From: a virus
Length of the DNA: 64,000 nucleotides
Reading direction: 5' to 3' (one strand)
IMG/VR virus record: IMGVR_UViG_3300023179_000017
Coordinates: 24,711-88,710 of that record
The translations under genes were made by a program, and so were the position numbers. Below the pieces are notes generated by a model that worked only from the letters and a program-made list of their open reading frames with translations, did no database searches and was not told where the DNA came from. Shown here piece after piece: positions 1 through 10,200 of this stretch (the first letter of the stretch is position 1; every line of letters starts with the position of its first letter).

Positions 1-85
1 ATTCCAACTAAAAGCTCCTTATGAGTCTGTTAGTATGATGTACGACAGCACATTAAATATGTGGCTGTTAATGTAATAGACCATT

Positions 86-123
86 CTCCCGGGGCCGCAA
101 TACGCAGCCCCGGGGGTTTTTAT
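86..123 (+). terminator. intrinsic terminator
   Basis: GC-rich hairpin cccggggc-cgc/aatac/gca-gccccggg followed by ttttt. Confidence 0.7.
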
Positions 124-243
124 ATGGATATAGAAAAAACAATCAGAATGGCTTACCATTTAAGTGGTATTATTACTTTTTTTGTTTTTATTTTTGGTGT
201 TTTTAAGTTTTTAAAAATAATAGAAGGAAACCACTTACCATGA
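124..243 (+). CDS. small membrane protein (39 aa)
   Basis: ATG at 124, downstream of the terminator; one hydrophobic segment (IITFFVFIFGVFKFL); ATGA overlap with next gene. The track's GTG start at 61 would run through the terminator. Confidence 0.5.
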   Translation: MDIEKTIRMAYHLSGIITFFVFIFGVFKFLKIIEGNHLP

Positions 244-617
244 AGCTGGCATCAATAGTTAATCCAAAGTTCACAGTTTGTTTTGATAAACTATTAAAAG
301 AAGAATTACCAATTCTGACTGCTTACAAACTAAAAAAAATAACCTCTATTGTTGAGTCAGAACAAAAAAAGTTTGAAGAGCTACGACAAGAATTAGTAAA
401 AAAGTTTTCCAAAAAAAACAAAAAAGGAGAACCCCACAAAAATGAAGGCGGGTTTTATTCTGTAGATAAAGATAAAATGGAAGATTTTTTAAAAGAATTA
501 AAAACTTTGTTAGATGTTGAAGTGGAAGTTCCAAAAATAAAAATTTCTGATCTTGGAAACGAGCTCAAAATAAGCGCAGAGCAAGCGATTGCTTTAGATG
601 GTATTTTAGAAGAATAA
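240..617 (+). CDS. uncharacterised charged helical phage protein
   Basis: 125-aa ORF, Lys/Glu-rich, coupled to the upstream ORF. Confidence 0.75.
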   Translation: MKLASIVNPKFTVCFDKLLKEELPILTAYKLKKITSIVESEQKKFEELRQELVKKFSKKNKKGEPHKNEGGFYSVDKDKMEDFLKELKTLLDVEVEVPKIKISDLGNELKISAEQAIALDGILEE

Positions 618-781
618 AGTTTTATTGTAGTCTTGCTAAATAATTCGCACTGTCAGTAAAGATGCGTGGCTGTCCACTTTATAGTGAACATAGCGAAATG
701 GTAAAGTTGATGTGTATTATAACTGCCGGTTATAAAATTGTTTTTATTTTTTACTGGTAAAAAAAATAAAAGGAAAAATAA

Positions 782-3700
782 ATGTCTTTTATAAAAAATA
801 CCGATGATTTTTTTGAGGGGCTTAGTAATAAATTTTTTACAAATGAGCGCGTTAAAAGCGCGGTTGAATCTGATTTAAACTCGTTAAGCGGTTCTATTAC
901 TGGCGAACAAGCCGCACGTCAATCAGATGTGTCAGGGCTTGATTCGAGACTTGATATTATCGAAGGGCCGAGTGGACAAGAGGGGTCAATTGCAAAGGCA
1001 TTAGTTGATGCCAAGTCTTACACTGATCAAGAAATTTCTGCTCTTGTGGGATCTGCTCCTGAAATTTTAGATACCCTTCAAGAACTATCCGAAGCTCTCT
1101 CTGGTGATGCAAGCTTTGCTCAAACTATCGCAGGTCAGATTAGCTCCTTAAGTGGTGCAATCGGAAGCGAAAGTGGAGCACGAGAAGCCGCTATCACTGG
1201 TCTTGACGCACGATTGGATATTATCGAAGGTCCAAGTGGACAAGCCGGATCAATTGAGAAGGCTCTGGCCGATGCAAAGTCTTACGCTGATACTGGGCTT
1301 GCTGGAAAAGTAGACGTTACTGTCAACTATGATATCCGGCCTGGTATTTATAGTGGCGGTAGCAAAAGCGCAAACTTCCAGATTGATTTTGCAAACGGAC
1401 CGACTCAAAAATTTACTCTGCAATCTAACGTCACGGTCACATTTGCAAATCCAGTAGCTGGCGGTATTTATACTTTACAACTAGTTCAAGACGGAACTGG
1501 TAGCAGACAAATTACATGGCCTCAAATTACTTGGGCTAATGGTTCTGCACCACACTTGTCATCTGCTGGTAAAGTTGACTTCATTCAAATGTGGTATGAC
1601 GGCACCACCTATTATGGTGACTACCAACTAGCTGACGTTACGTTTGCTACAACAGCTGCATTGTCAGCTGAAGCAAGCGGACTTGATGCTCGTTTAGATT
1701 TGTTGGAAGCTGACCCGACTACCAAGAGTTATGTAGACGAAGCTATCTCCGGTGAACAATCTGCAAGAGCTGCTGATGTCTCAGGACTTGATGCACGAAT
1801 CGACGCGCTTGAAGCAGATCCTACTACGAAGGCGTATGTAGACGGTGTTGCTTCTGGTCTCGATGCAAGACTCGATTCTTTAGAAGCTGACCCAACTACT
1901 AAAGCATACGTAGATGGTGCAGTCTCTGGTGAGCAGTCCGCCCGTCAATCGGCAGACCAAGCTCTTTCTGGAGCCATCACTGGCGAGATTGCTGCTCGTG
2001 AAGCGGCAGTTTCTGGTCTTGATTCCAGAATCGATGCTCTTGAAGCCGATCCTACTACTAAAGCATATGTAGACGGTGTTGCTTCCGGACTTGATGCGAG
2101 ATTGGATTCTCTCGAAGCTGACCCTGTTACAAAAGCTTATGTTGATGGTCAAGCTTCTGGTTTAGATGCAAGACTCGATGTCATCGAGGGACCAAGTGGA
2201 CAAGCCGGATCGATTGCTAAAGCGTTAGTAGACGCTAAAGCTTACACCGATCAGGAAGTCTCGGCTCTTGTAAATTCTGCACCTGAAGTTCTTAACACTT
2301 TAAAAGAGTTGGCAGATGCCCTCTCTGGTGATGCAAGTTTTGCATCGACCATTGCAGGACAAATCGGCTCTTTGAGTGGCGCTATCAGCACTGAGATTGG
2401 AAACCGCCAATCGGATGTTTCAGGTCTTGATGCAAGACTAGACGCTCTCGAAGCTGACCCGACTACCAAGTCTTATGTCGACGGACAAGTATCTGGGCTC
2501 GATTCACGAATTGATTCGTTGGAATTCGACTCAGTAACTAAAGCCTACGTCGACGGAGCTATCTCCGGAGAACAAGCCGCTCGTGTAGCGGATGTTTCCG
2601 GTTTAGATGCTCGTTTGGATGCCCTAGAAGCTGATCCTACTACAAAAGCATATGTAGATGGCGCAGTCTCTGGCGAACAAACACGGGCTCAGGGAGTTGA
2701 GCAATCGCTTAGCGGCGCAATCACTGGGGAACAAGCAGCTAGAGAAGCTGCAGTCTCCGGTCTTGATGCTCGCTTAGATGCTCTTGAGTCTGATCCAACT
2801 ACGAAAGCGTATGTAGACGGTCAGGTATCAGGACTCGATTCCCGTATCGATGCTCTTGAAGCAGATCCGGTAACTAAAGCGTATGTAGACGGAGCTATCT
2901 CTGGTGAGCAGTCAGCTCGTCAAGCAGACGTCTCTGGACTGGATGCTCGCTTAGATGCTCTCGAAGCAGATCCTACTACGAAGTCTTACGTCGACGGAGC
3001 TATCTCTGGTGAGCAATCCGCTCGCCAAGCAGATGTCTCAGGTCTTGATGCAAGACTTGATTCCTTGGAAGCTGACCCAGTAACCAAGTCATACGTAGAT
3101 GGACAGGCTTCGGGTCTCGATGCAAGACTCGATGTCATCGAAGGGCCAAGCGGACAAGCCGGATCTATTGCTAAAGCATTAGTTGATGCTAAAGCATATA
3201 CCGATCAAGAAGTCTCAGCTCTGGTTGACTCTGCACCAGAAGTGCTAAACACATTGAAAGAATTGGCAGATGCCCTTTCTGGAGATGCGCATTTTGCATC
3301 GACCGTTGCAGGACAGATTGGTTCCTTAAGTGGGGCGATTAGTTCTGAAATCGGAAACCGACAATCGGATGTCTCAGGTCTCGATGCAAGACTCGATGCA
3401 CTTGAAGCTGATCCGACTACTAAGGCATATGTTGACGGTGTTGCTTCAGGACTTGATGCGAGATTGGATTCGCTTGAAGCTGATCCGACTACTAAAGCAT
3501 ACGTAGATGGACAGGTCTCCGGACTCGATTCCAGAATCGATGCTCTTGAAGGTGTCACTGGAATGGCAACGGAAGCTTATGTCGATGCCGAGGTACTTGA
3601 ACAAGCGAAGTTCTTCGTTTCTGGTCAAGTAAGCTCGTTCTCTTCGAACACAAGCATCCAGTTCGGAACTTCGATGAGCCCTGGAACGCACTTTAACATG

Positions 3701-3943
3701 ATGCTTGCTATGGTTGATTGTTCAGGCGGTACAGTTACCATGACGCTTCCTTCAGCTTCGGCTGCAGGATCGGAAGGTAGACGCTTGAAATTCAAAGACA
3801 TGGGCAACGCGTCAATGAGCGGCTATGTAAGAGTTAGCGCTCAGGCGGGACAGACCATCGACGGCGCAGCATACTTCGATATGAAGGCTCCTTTTGAGTC
3901 TATCGAAGTTTACTGTGACGGAGATGAGTGGTTCATACTCTAA
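782..3943 (+). CDS. repeat-rich coiled-coil tail fibre-like protein
   Basis: SD AAGGA; many SGLD(A/S)R(L/I)DALEADPTTK(A/S)YVDG repeats; three copies of the APE(I/V)L(D/N)TLxEL(S/A)xAL fibre motif; internal beta domain paralogous to 11260..11691. Confidence 0.75.
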   Translation: MSFIKNTDDFFEGLSNKFFTNERVKSAVESDLNSLSGSITGEQAARQSDVSGLDSRLDIIEGPSGQEGSIAKALVDAKSYTDQEISALVGSAPEILDTLQELSEALSGDASFAQTIAGQISSLSGAIGSESGAREAAITGLDARLDIIEGPSGQAGSIEKALADAKSYADTGLAGKVDVTVNYDIRPGIYSGGSKSANFQIDFANGPTQKFTLQSNVTVTFANPVAGGIYTLQLVQDGTGSRQITWPQITWANGSAPHLSSAGKVDFIQMWYDGTTYYGDYQLADVTFATTAALSAEASGLDARLDLLEADPTTKSYVDEAISGEQSARAADVSGLDARIDALEADPTTKAYVDGVASGLDARLDSLEADPTTKAYVDGAVSGEQSARQSADQALSGAITGEIAAREAAVSGLDSRIDALEADPTTKAYVDGVASGLDARLDSLEADPVTKAYVDGQASGLDARLDVIEGPSGQAGSIAKALVDAKAYTDQEVSALVNSAPEVLNTLKELADALSGDASFASTIAGQIGSLSGAISTEIGNRQSDVSGLDARLDALEADPTTKSYVDGQVSGLDSRIDSLEFDSVTKAYVDGAISGEQAARVADVSGLDARLDALEADPTTKAYVDGAVSGEQTRAQGVEQSLSGAITGEQAAREAAVSGLDARLDALESDPTTKAYVDGQVSGLDSRIDALEADPVTKAYVDGAISGEQSARQADVSGLDARLDALEADPTTKSYVDGAISGEQSARQADVSGLDARLDSLEADPVTKSYVDGQASGLDARLDVIEGPSGQAGSIAKALVDAKAYTDQEVSALVDSAPEVLNTLKELADALSGDAHFASTVAGQIGSLSGAISSEIGNRQSDVSGLDARLDALEADPTTKAYVDGVASGLDARLDSLEADPTTKAYVDGQVSGLDSRIDALEGVTGMATEAYVDAEVLEQAKFFVSGQVSSFSSNTSIQFGTSMSPGTHFNMMLAMVDCSGGTVTMTLPSASAAGSEGRRLKFKDMGNASMSGYVRVSAQAGQTIDGAAYFDMKAPFESIEVYCDGDEWFIL

Positions 3944-3951
3944 TATAAATG

Positions 3952-3986
3952 AGTGGCCCTCTACAAAAGTGGGGGGCCACTTTTTA
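3952..3986 (+). terminator. intrinsic terminator
   Basis: agtggccctctac-aaaa-gtggggggccact stem (G-U pairs) plus ttttt. Confidence 0.8.
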
Positions 3987-4017
3987 TTACTCTTAATAAA
4001 TTCAACCCAAAGTTGTA

Positions 4018-4026
4018 TGATATAAT
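4018..4026 (+). promoter_or_regulatory. extended -10 promoter TGATATAAT
   Basis: perfect TGnTATAAT 21 nt upstream of an SD-led ATG. Confidence 0.7.
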
Positions 4027-4047
4027 TACCTAATCTTGGAGAAGACC

Positions 4048-4215
4048 ATGAAAAAATTATTTTTAGCTTTGATCTTAGCTTTCGCAGTAACAGGGTGTAA
4101 CCCAATGGCCCACCACGAGTGCTGCCACCACGAACACCACCACTGCTGTGAGCACCATTGCAAGTGCGAACATCACCACTGCAAGCACCACCACTGTGAG
4201 TGCGAACACCACTAA
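4048..4215 (+). CDS. His/Cys-rich lipopeptide (55 aa), metallothionein/Hpn-like; not in ORF track
   Basis: MKKLFLALILAFAVTG-C NPMAHHECCHHEHHHCCEHHCKCEHHHCKHHHCECEHH; SD GGAG; lipobox VTGC; repeat variation is synonymous in this frame. Confidence 0.8.
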   Translation: MKKLFLALILAFAVTGCNPMAHHECCHHEHHHCCEHHCKCEHHHCKHHHCECEHH

Positions 4216-4253
4216 GTAATTAGTTTTTATACCTTTTTATTTAAGGGATCAGA

Positions 4254-7200
4254 ATGAAACGTAGACTAGTTCTTATTAAAAAGGCTGCAAGTGGTAATTT
4301 AAGTCCTGTAATTACCATCTCTGCTCAACCCACAAATCAATCAACATCAGACGGAAATGCAAGCTTCTCAGTAACGGCAAGCGTTACGGAGGGGGCAACA
4401 CTTTCGTATCAGTGGCAACGAAGTACCGACGCAGGAACAACTTTCTCGGCTTTGTCTGGAGAGACTTCGAATAGCTTATCCCTAAGTTCAATTACGGTTT
4501 TGTCTGATCAATATCAATATCGTTGCGTAGTATCTGCTACGGGCGGTGCTGCGAGTGTCAATTCGTCTTCAGCTACTCTTTCGGTTGTTCCAGCTATTAC
4601 GGTTTCTGCTCAACCACAAGCTTCGACAACATCGGAAGCATTAGGCACATCTTCCTTCTCAGTTACAGCAAGCGCATCGGTTGGTGGAACTATATCTTAT
4701 CAGTGGCAACGAAGTACAGATGGGACTAGCTTTTCAAACCTAAGTGGAGAAACCAATAGTTCTTTAAGTTTGAGCAGTCTCACATACGCTACCAACAATC
4801 AAAACCAATATCGTTGCGTGGTGTCTGGCAATTACAACGCATCTTCTGTCACTTCAAGCGCAGCAGTTTTGACTGTTTATGATTCGACAACTGCGATGGC
4901 CACATGGACATCGGCAACACTAAGCGGTTCTTATGGTGGTCTTACTTATGCTAAAGAACTGGGATTGTTTGTAGCAGTCGGGGGCAGTACCACTAGGGCC
5001 AGCGTATCAAATGATGGAACGAATTGGAGTGATACAACTGGAGCAGTAGTAAATCTACAGACAGTAGCATGGTCTCCTGAGCTTGGAATGTTCGCAGCAG
5101 TGGGAAACATTGGTGGGATTGCTACTTCTTATGATGGTTACAACTGGACACAGAGAACATCTCCAACAACAAACAATTTAAAAAGGGTTCGTTGGATTCC
5201 AGAAAAAGGATTTTTTCTAGCCTGTTCTACAGCCGTTTCCGCTTCTAATAAATTTGTTAAATCCACAGATGGTATTACTTGGACTGGATTTAGTGGGCCA
5301 TCAACCGAAGCCGTTTATGACTTTGACTATGCTCCAAGTTTAAATTCATTTTTCGCTCTTGGTTACAGTTCAAATAAGATTTTTACATCTTCAGATGGTG
5401 AAACTTGGACAACAAGTGCATCCACAATGCCTAGTTCTGGAACTTGGTATGCAATTAAATGGTCTTCTCAAAAATCCTTATTTGTCGCTGGGGCGTGGGA
5501 TGGTGGATATTTAGCAACATCTCCAGATGGTGCGAATTGGACAACTAGAACCAAAGTAGACACAACCCAGTCTGGTGTTACGGCTATTGATTATTCACCA
5601 GAGTTGGGCTACTTCGCAATGAGCATAAATGGCAATGCTGGCTATAATAGAGTTCACATATCACCAGATGGCATCAACTGGACTGGAAAAATATCTTCTA
5701 GTGCAGCTAACTGGGATGTTTGCTGGTCTTCTGATGTGGGAAAATTTGTCTGTATCGGTGGTAGCGGGTTCACTGCAACATCGACCAGTGTTTACAGTGC
5801 ATCCAATGTCATTAAGCTTACTGCTTTCACATTACCATCTACATACAGAAACGATACTGCAAGCTCATCTTATATTGCGACAGCATCAATAGCTTCTGGC
5901 AGCATCTCTTATCAATGGGAAAAGAGTACAAATTCTGGTGTAAGTTTTTCAAGCGTAGCTGGTGCAACGGCTGGAACGCTAACCCTTACCCAAACAGAAC
6001 GAAATGCTGCGGTCGATGGATCTCATTTTTACAGATTAAAAATGACATCTGCGACAGCCAAGTACAGTCCAGTCTATGCTGGATATTTTGTACCATCAGC
6101 AAATGATGCAATTTACTATGTCAGTAATTGGTCTTCGTCTTCCCTAACCAACCAAAACTGGTATTCTATCTGTTATGCCAAAGAGCTTGGTCTTTTTGTT
6201 GCTGTATCTTCTACTGGTACAAACAGAATTGCAGTTTCAAACAATGGAACAACTTGGACAGAGCTAACAGGACAAGCTGCATCGGCCTACGCACTTAACT
6301 ATGTCGCATGGTCGCCAACATTAGGAATGTTTGTAGCCGTGGGATCTTCTGGTTCAATTTTCACTTCTTATGATGGGTATAACTGGACACAGAGAACTTC
6401 ACCCACTACCTCAAATCAGCTTTATACTGTCAAATGGATTGCAGAAAAAAGCTTCTTTTTGATTACATCAAATAGTGCTGGGACGGCTAATAAGATTTTA
6501 AAATCCACAGATGGTATTACTTGGACTGGGTATTCTTCCCTAAGCACTACCGCTCTTTCGGACTTTGATTATTCACCATCTCTTGATTTGATAGTTGTGC
6601 AAGTTTATGGTGCCAGCAATTTTATCACTTCTTCGGATGGTCAAAACTGGTCATCTGTTTCGGTAGGATCGGGTACAAATAGAAACTGGGACGGGATAAA
6701 ATGGTCTGCCTCGCAAGGCAAGTTCGTGGCGACTTCATCAAATAGCAATTCCGTTGCAACATCGACAGATGGAACTAACTGGACGATAGTTTCTACTGGT
6801 GTTTCGCTAAACAAAATTGATTATTCTCCAGAGTTTAATTTATATGTTTCAAACACTGTAAATACGGGAGGCTCGACAAAAGTTTGGAGTTCTCCAGATG
6901 GTGTTACTTGGACTGCCCGTGGCCCCTCTCTTGGCACTTCAGTAACATTTAGAAACATTCTGTGGGTTCCTGATTATAAAAAGTTTTATGCCATATCACA
7001 AGACGGGGCGCAGTTAACTTCTGCCACTGTTTCAGATCCAGAAAATGTTATTAAATTGTCTTCGTTCTCTCTGCCTACAATCACATATAGAAATAATACT
7101 GCGAATACAACTTATGTAACTACTTCAACAATCGCTTCTGGTTCAATTTCTTATCAGTGGCAGTTGAGTACAAACTCAGGATCAACTTTCTCAGATGTTG

Positions 7201-10200
7201 CTGGAGCTACGAGCAGCACCCTAACGCTTTCTCAGGCTGATAGAAATGCAGCCCTAGACGCAGGTAATTATGTCTACAGATTAAAAATGACATCTGCCAC
7301 AGCTAAGTATAGTCCAGTTTATGCTGGATATTACGATGCTAGGGTTCAAGAAAATAATATTTATGCGCTAAATAATTACAACTTAGGATCTATTTCTGAC
7401 TCAAGTTGGGCTGGGCTTGTTTGGTCTTCTAAGCGTGGCGTTTTTGTAACCGCATCTTTTAGTGGTAACGACAAAATCGCAGTATCAGCAAACGGCCTGA
7501 ATTGGCAGTATGTTAATACCGACACCTCTGGGGCTACTATAACCCCAGGAAACGCAGAATTGGTATATTCAGAAGAAAAAGATCTGTTTGTGCAATCTGG
7601 GCCATCTAGTTATGTTTATACTTCAACAGACGGTTTGAATTGGACTCAAAGAGCATCTTCAACAACCCAAACATTAGCGAGCGGTGCCTACTCCCCTTCC
7701 TTGGGGCTTTTTGTTTATGTATCGAGAACTGCTACGTCTAACGTAGTGGTAACATCGTCTAATGGAACTACTTGGTCAAACTCCTCTACTGGGGTTTCAC
7801 AAGCCATGTGGGGTGTCGCATGGTCTCCCACATTAGGATTATTCGCAGCAGTAGGGGACAATGGGACAATCATCACTTCAACTAATGGAACTTCTTGGAC
7901 AACAAGAACCTCTCCCAACACGAACGCATACAAGTCTATCGCATGGTCTCCCACATTAGGAATGTTCGCAGCAGTATCAAATGGTGGAACCAATAGGGTC
8001 ATGACATCTACGGATGGCATCACTTGGACTGCAAGGACTTCAGCAGCAGAAACCTACGCATGGAGAAGAATAATTTGGGTTTCCGATCTGGGGATGTTTG
8101 TCGCAGGGTCAGAGTCAACTGGAGTGAGTTGTGTTATGTACTCTGCCAATGGCACATCTTGGACTTTAAGCGCAATCAACAACAGATCGACCACTTCTTC
8201 AGTGACTGGGTTGGCTTGGTCTTCAGAGCTAAAACGCTTGGGTCAAGTTGGTTTTTATGGAACAGGAGTTAGAAACTACGCAACTGCTGATATTTACACC
8301 AACAAAACAACCGTTGCAGGATTTACTGCGCTACCAAAATTAACAACCACAAACTACCTGTCTTCGACAGCAGATGTCACCCTGTCTTCAACTGCACTTG
8401 TTTCGGACGGAAGCTCCCCAAGCTATCAGTGGCAACGAAGTTCTGACAACGGATCTACTTGGGCTGATTTGTCTGAAAAAACATCTGCAAACCTTGTTTT
8501 AACTGATGCCGAATCAGAAACCGCTTCAACAAGTAATTACAAGTATCGAGTTAAAGTTTTAAACGGCACAAACAACTTAATAAGTACCACATTTTCTGTT
8601 GTCGTACAGTCTGATGGCGTTTATGCCGTCAACAACTGGACGGTTTCATCACCAGGAGATCGCTACTGGTGTGGTGTCGCATGGTCTCCTAAGTTAGGCT
8701 TATTCGCAGCAGTGTCTTATGCAGATGCCTCTTCGGCCACGACTTTACAAAGAGTTAGGATTGGAATTTCAAAAGACGGGGTTAATTGGACTTACCCAAC
8801 CTACTGGTCTACTAGCGGATTTTTTCCAAACGACATTTTGTGGGTTGGTGGTTCTGTAAATATGTTTGTAGTTGTTGGCCAAGTTTGTATTTTAACCTCT
8901 CCAGACGGTATCAACTGGACTTCAAGAAAAAACACAAATATGTTGATTTGGGAAACAGCCGCATATTCTTCTACCCAAGGAATTGTTGCCGTTTTTAATG
9001 GCACCTATGCCGCAAACGCTGTTTTAAAAAGCACCAACGGTATTACTTGGACGACAAGTGCTGGGCTTGGTTTTACGCAAGCTATGTGGGGTATCGCATG
9101 GTCTCCTTCTCTTAGCTTGTTTGTAATGGTTGGAGCGGGTGGAAGAATTATGTCGTCACCAGATGGTACGACATGGACTCAAAGAACTAGCAATACGACC
9201 AACACTCTAACTTCGATTGCTTGGTCTCCAGAACTAAGTCTTTTTGTAGCTGTTGCAAACACTGGAACGAGCCGAGTGGTCACATCACCAGACGGTATCA
9301 ACTGGACGACAAGGACTTCGGCAGCAGAAACCTACTCATGGAGAAAAGTAATTTGGGTTTCTGATCTGGGATTGTTTATAGCTGGAGCACAAACCACAGT
9401 AGCAAATAACTTAATGTATTCTTCAGATGGAATTAACTGGAGTATTGCATCAATGTCACCATCGGCTACGGCTGCTTGGAGAGTGCCGATGGCATGGTCT
9501 CCAGAGTTAAAACGACTTTTAGTTCTTTCTCAAAGCACCACACAGAACGCAGTTGGAACTGCGGCGTTAAGTGCTGACATATTTGCTGGCAAGACAAGCT
9601 ATATGTCAATCACGGCTGCTCCTTCAAACTACGAAACATGGCTTGATAACACTGCAAGCACCACGCTTACTGCGGCAGCATCGGTTTCGACGGGGGCTAC
9701 ACCAAGCTATCAGTGGCAACGAAGTTCTGACAATGGAACGAATTGGAGTGACTTAGCAGGACAAACTTCAACAAGCCTTGTTTTAACTGATGCAGAAACA
9801 GAAACGGCTTCCACAAATAGTTATAAGTATCGTTTCAGTGCATCATCGGCTGGAATTTCGAACTCACCAGTAGTAAGTGATAAGGTTTCTCTAACAGTAA
9901 GAAGCACTACAAAAGATTACTGTGTTGAAAATTGGACGATGTATTCGGCTGCCAATAGCAATCAATTAAGATCTGTTGTTTGGGCTCCGAGCTTGTCACT
10001 CTTTTGTGCAATTGGGGATAGTGGAACTAATAACAGAGCGCAAACATCTCCAGATGGTATCACTTGGACTGTGAGAACTACTCCGTCTGCTGCAAACAAT
10101 AACTGGCAAGGTTTGGCCTGGTCTCCAGAGCTAAGTCTTTTTGTAGCTGTTGCTGGATCTGGAACCAATAACAGAGTCATGACATCTCCAGACGGTATTA

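Noticed and set aside
640-740. Possible structured leader (ttcgc/gcgaa; ttataac/gttataa) before the fibre gene
   Set aside because: Stems are short, expected in AT-rich DNA, and match no riboswitch consensus I recognise.
4106-4219. Thr/Ser/Ala-rich peptide in the +1 frame of the His/Cys gene
   Set aside because: No start codon in that frame; repeat differences are non-synonymous there but synonymous in the His/Cys frame, which is continuous with the signal peptide.
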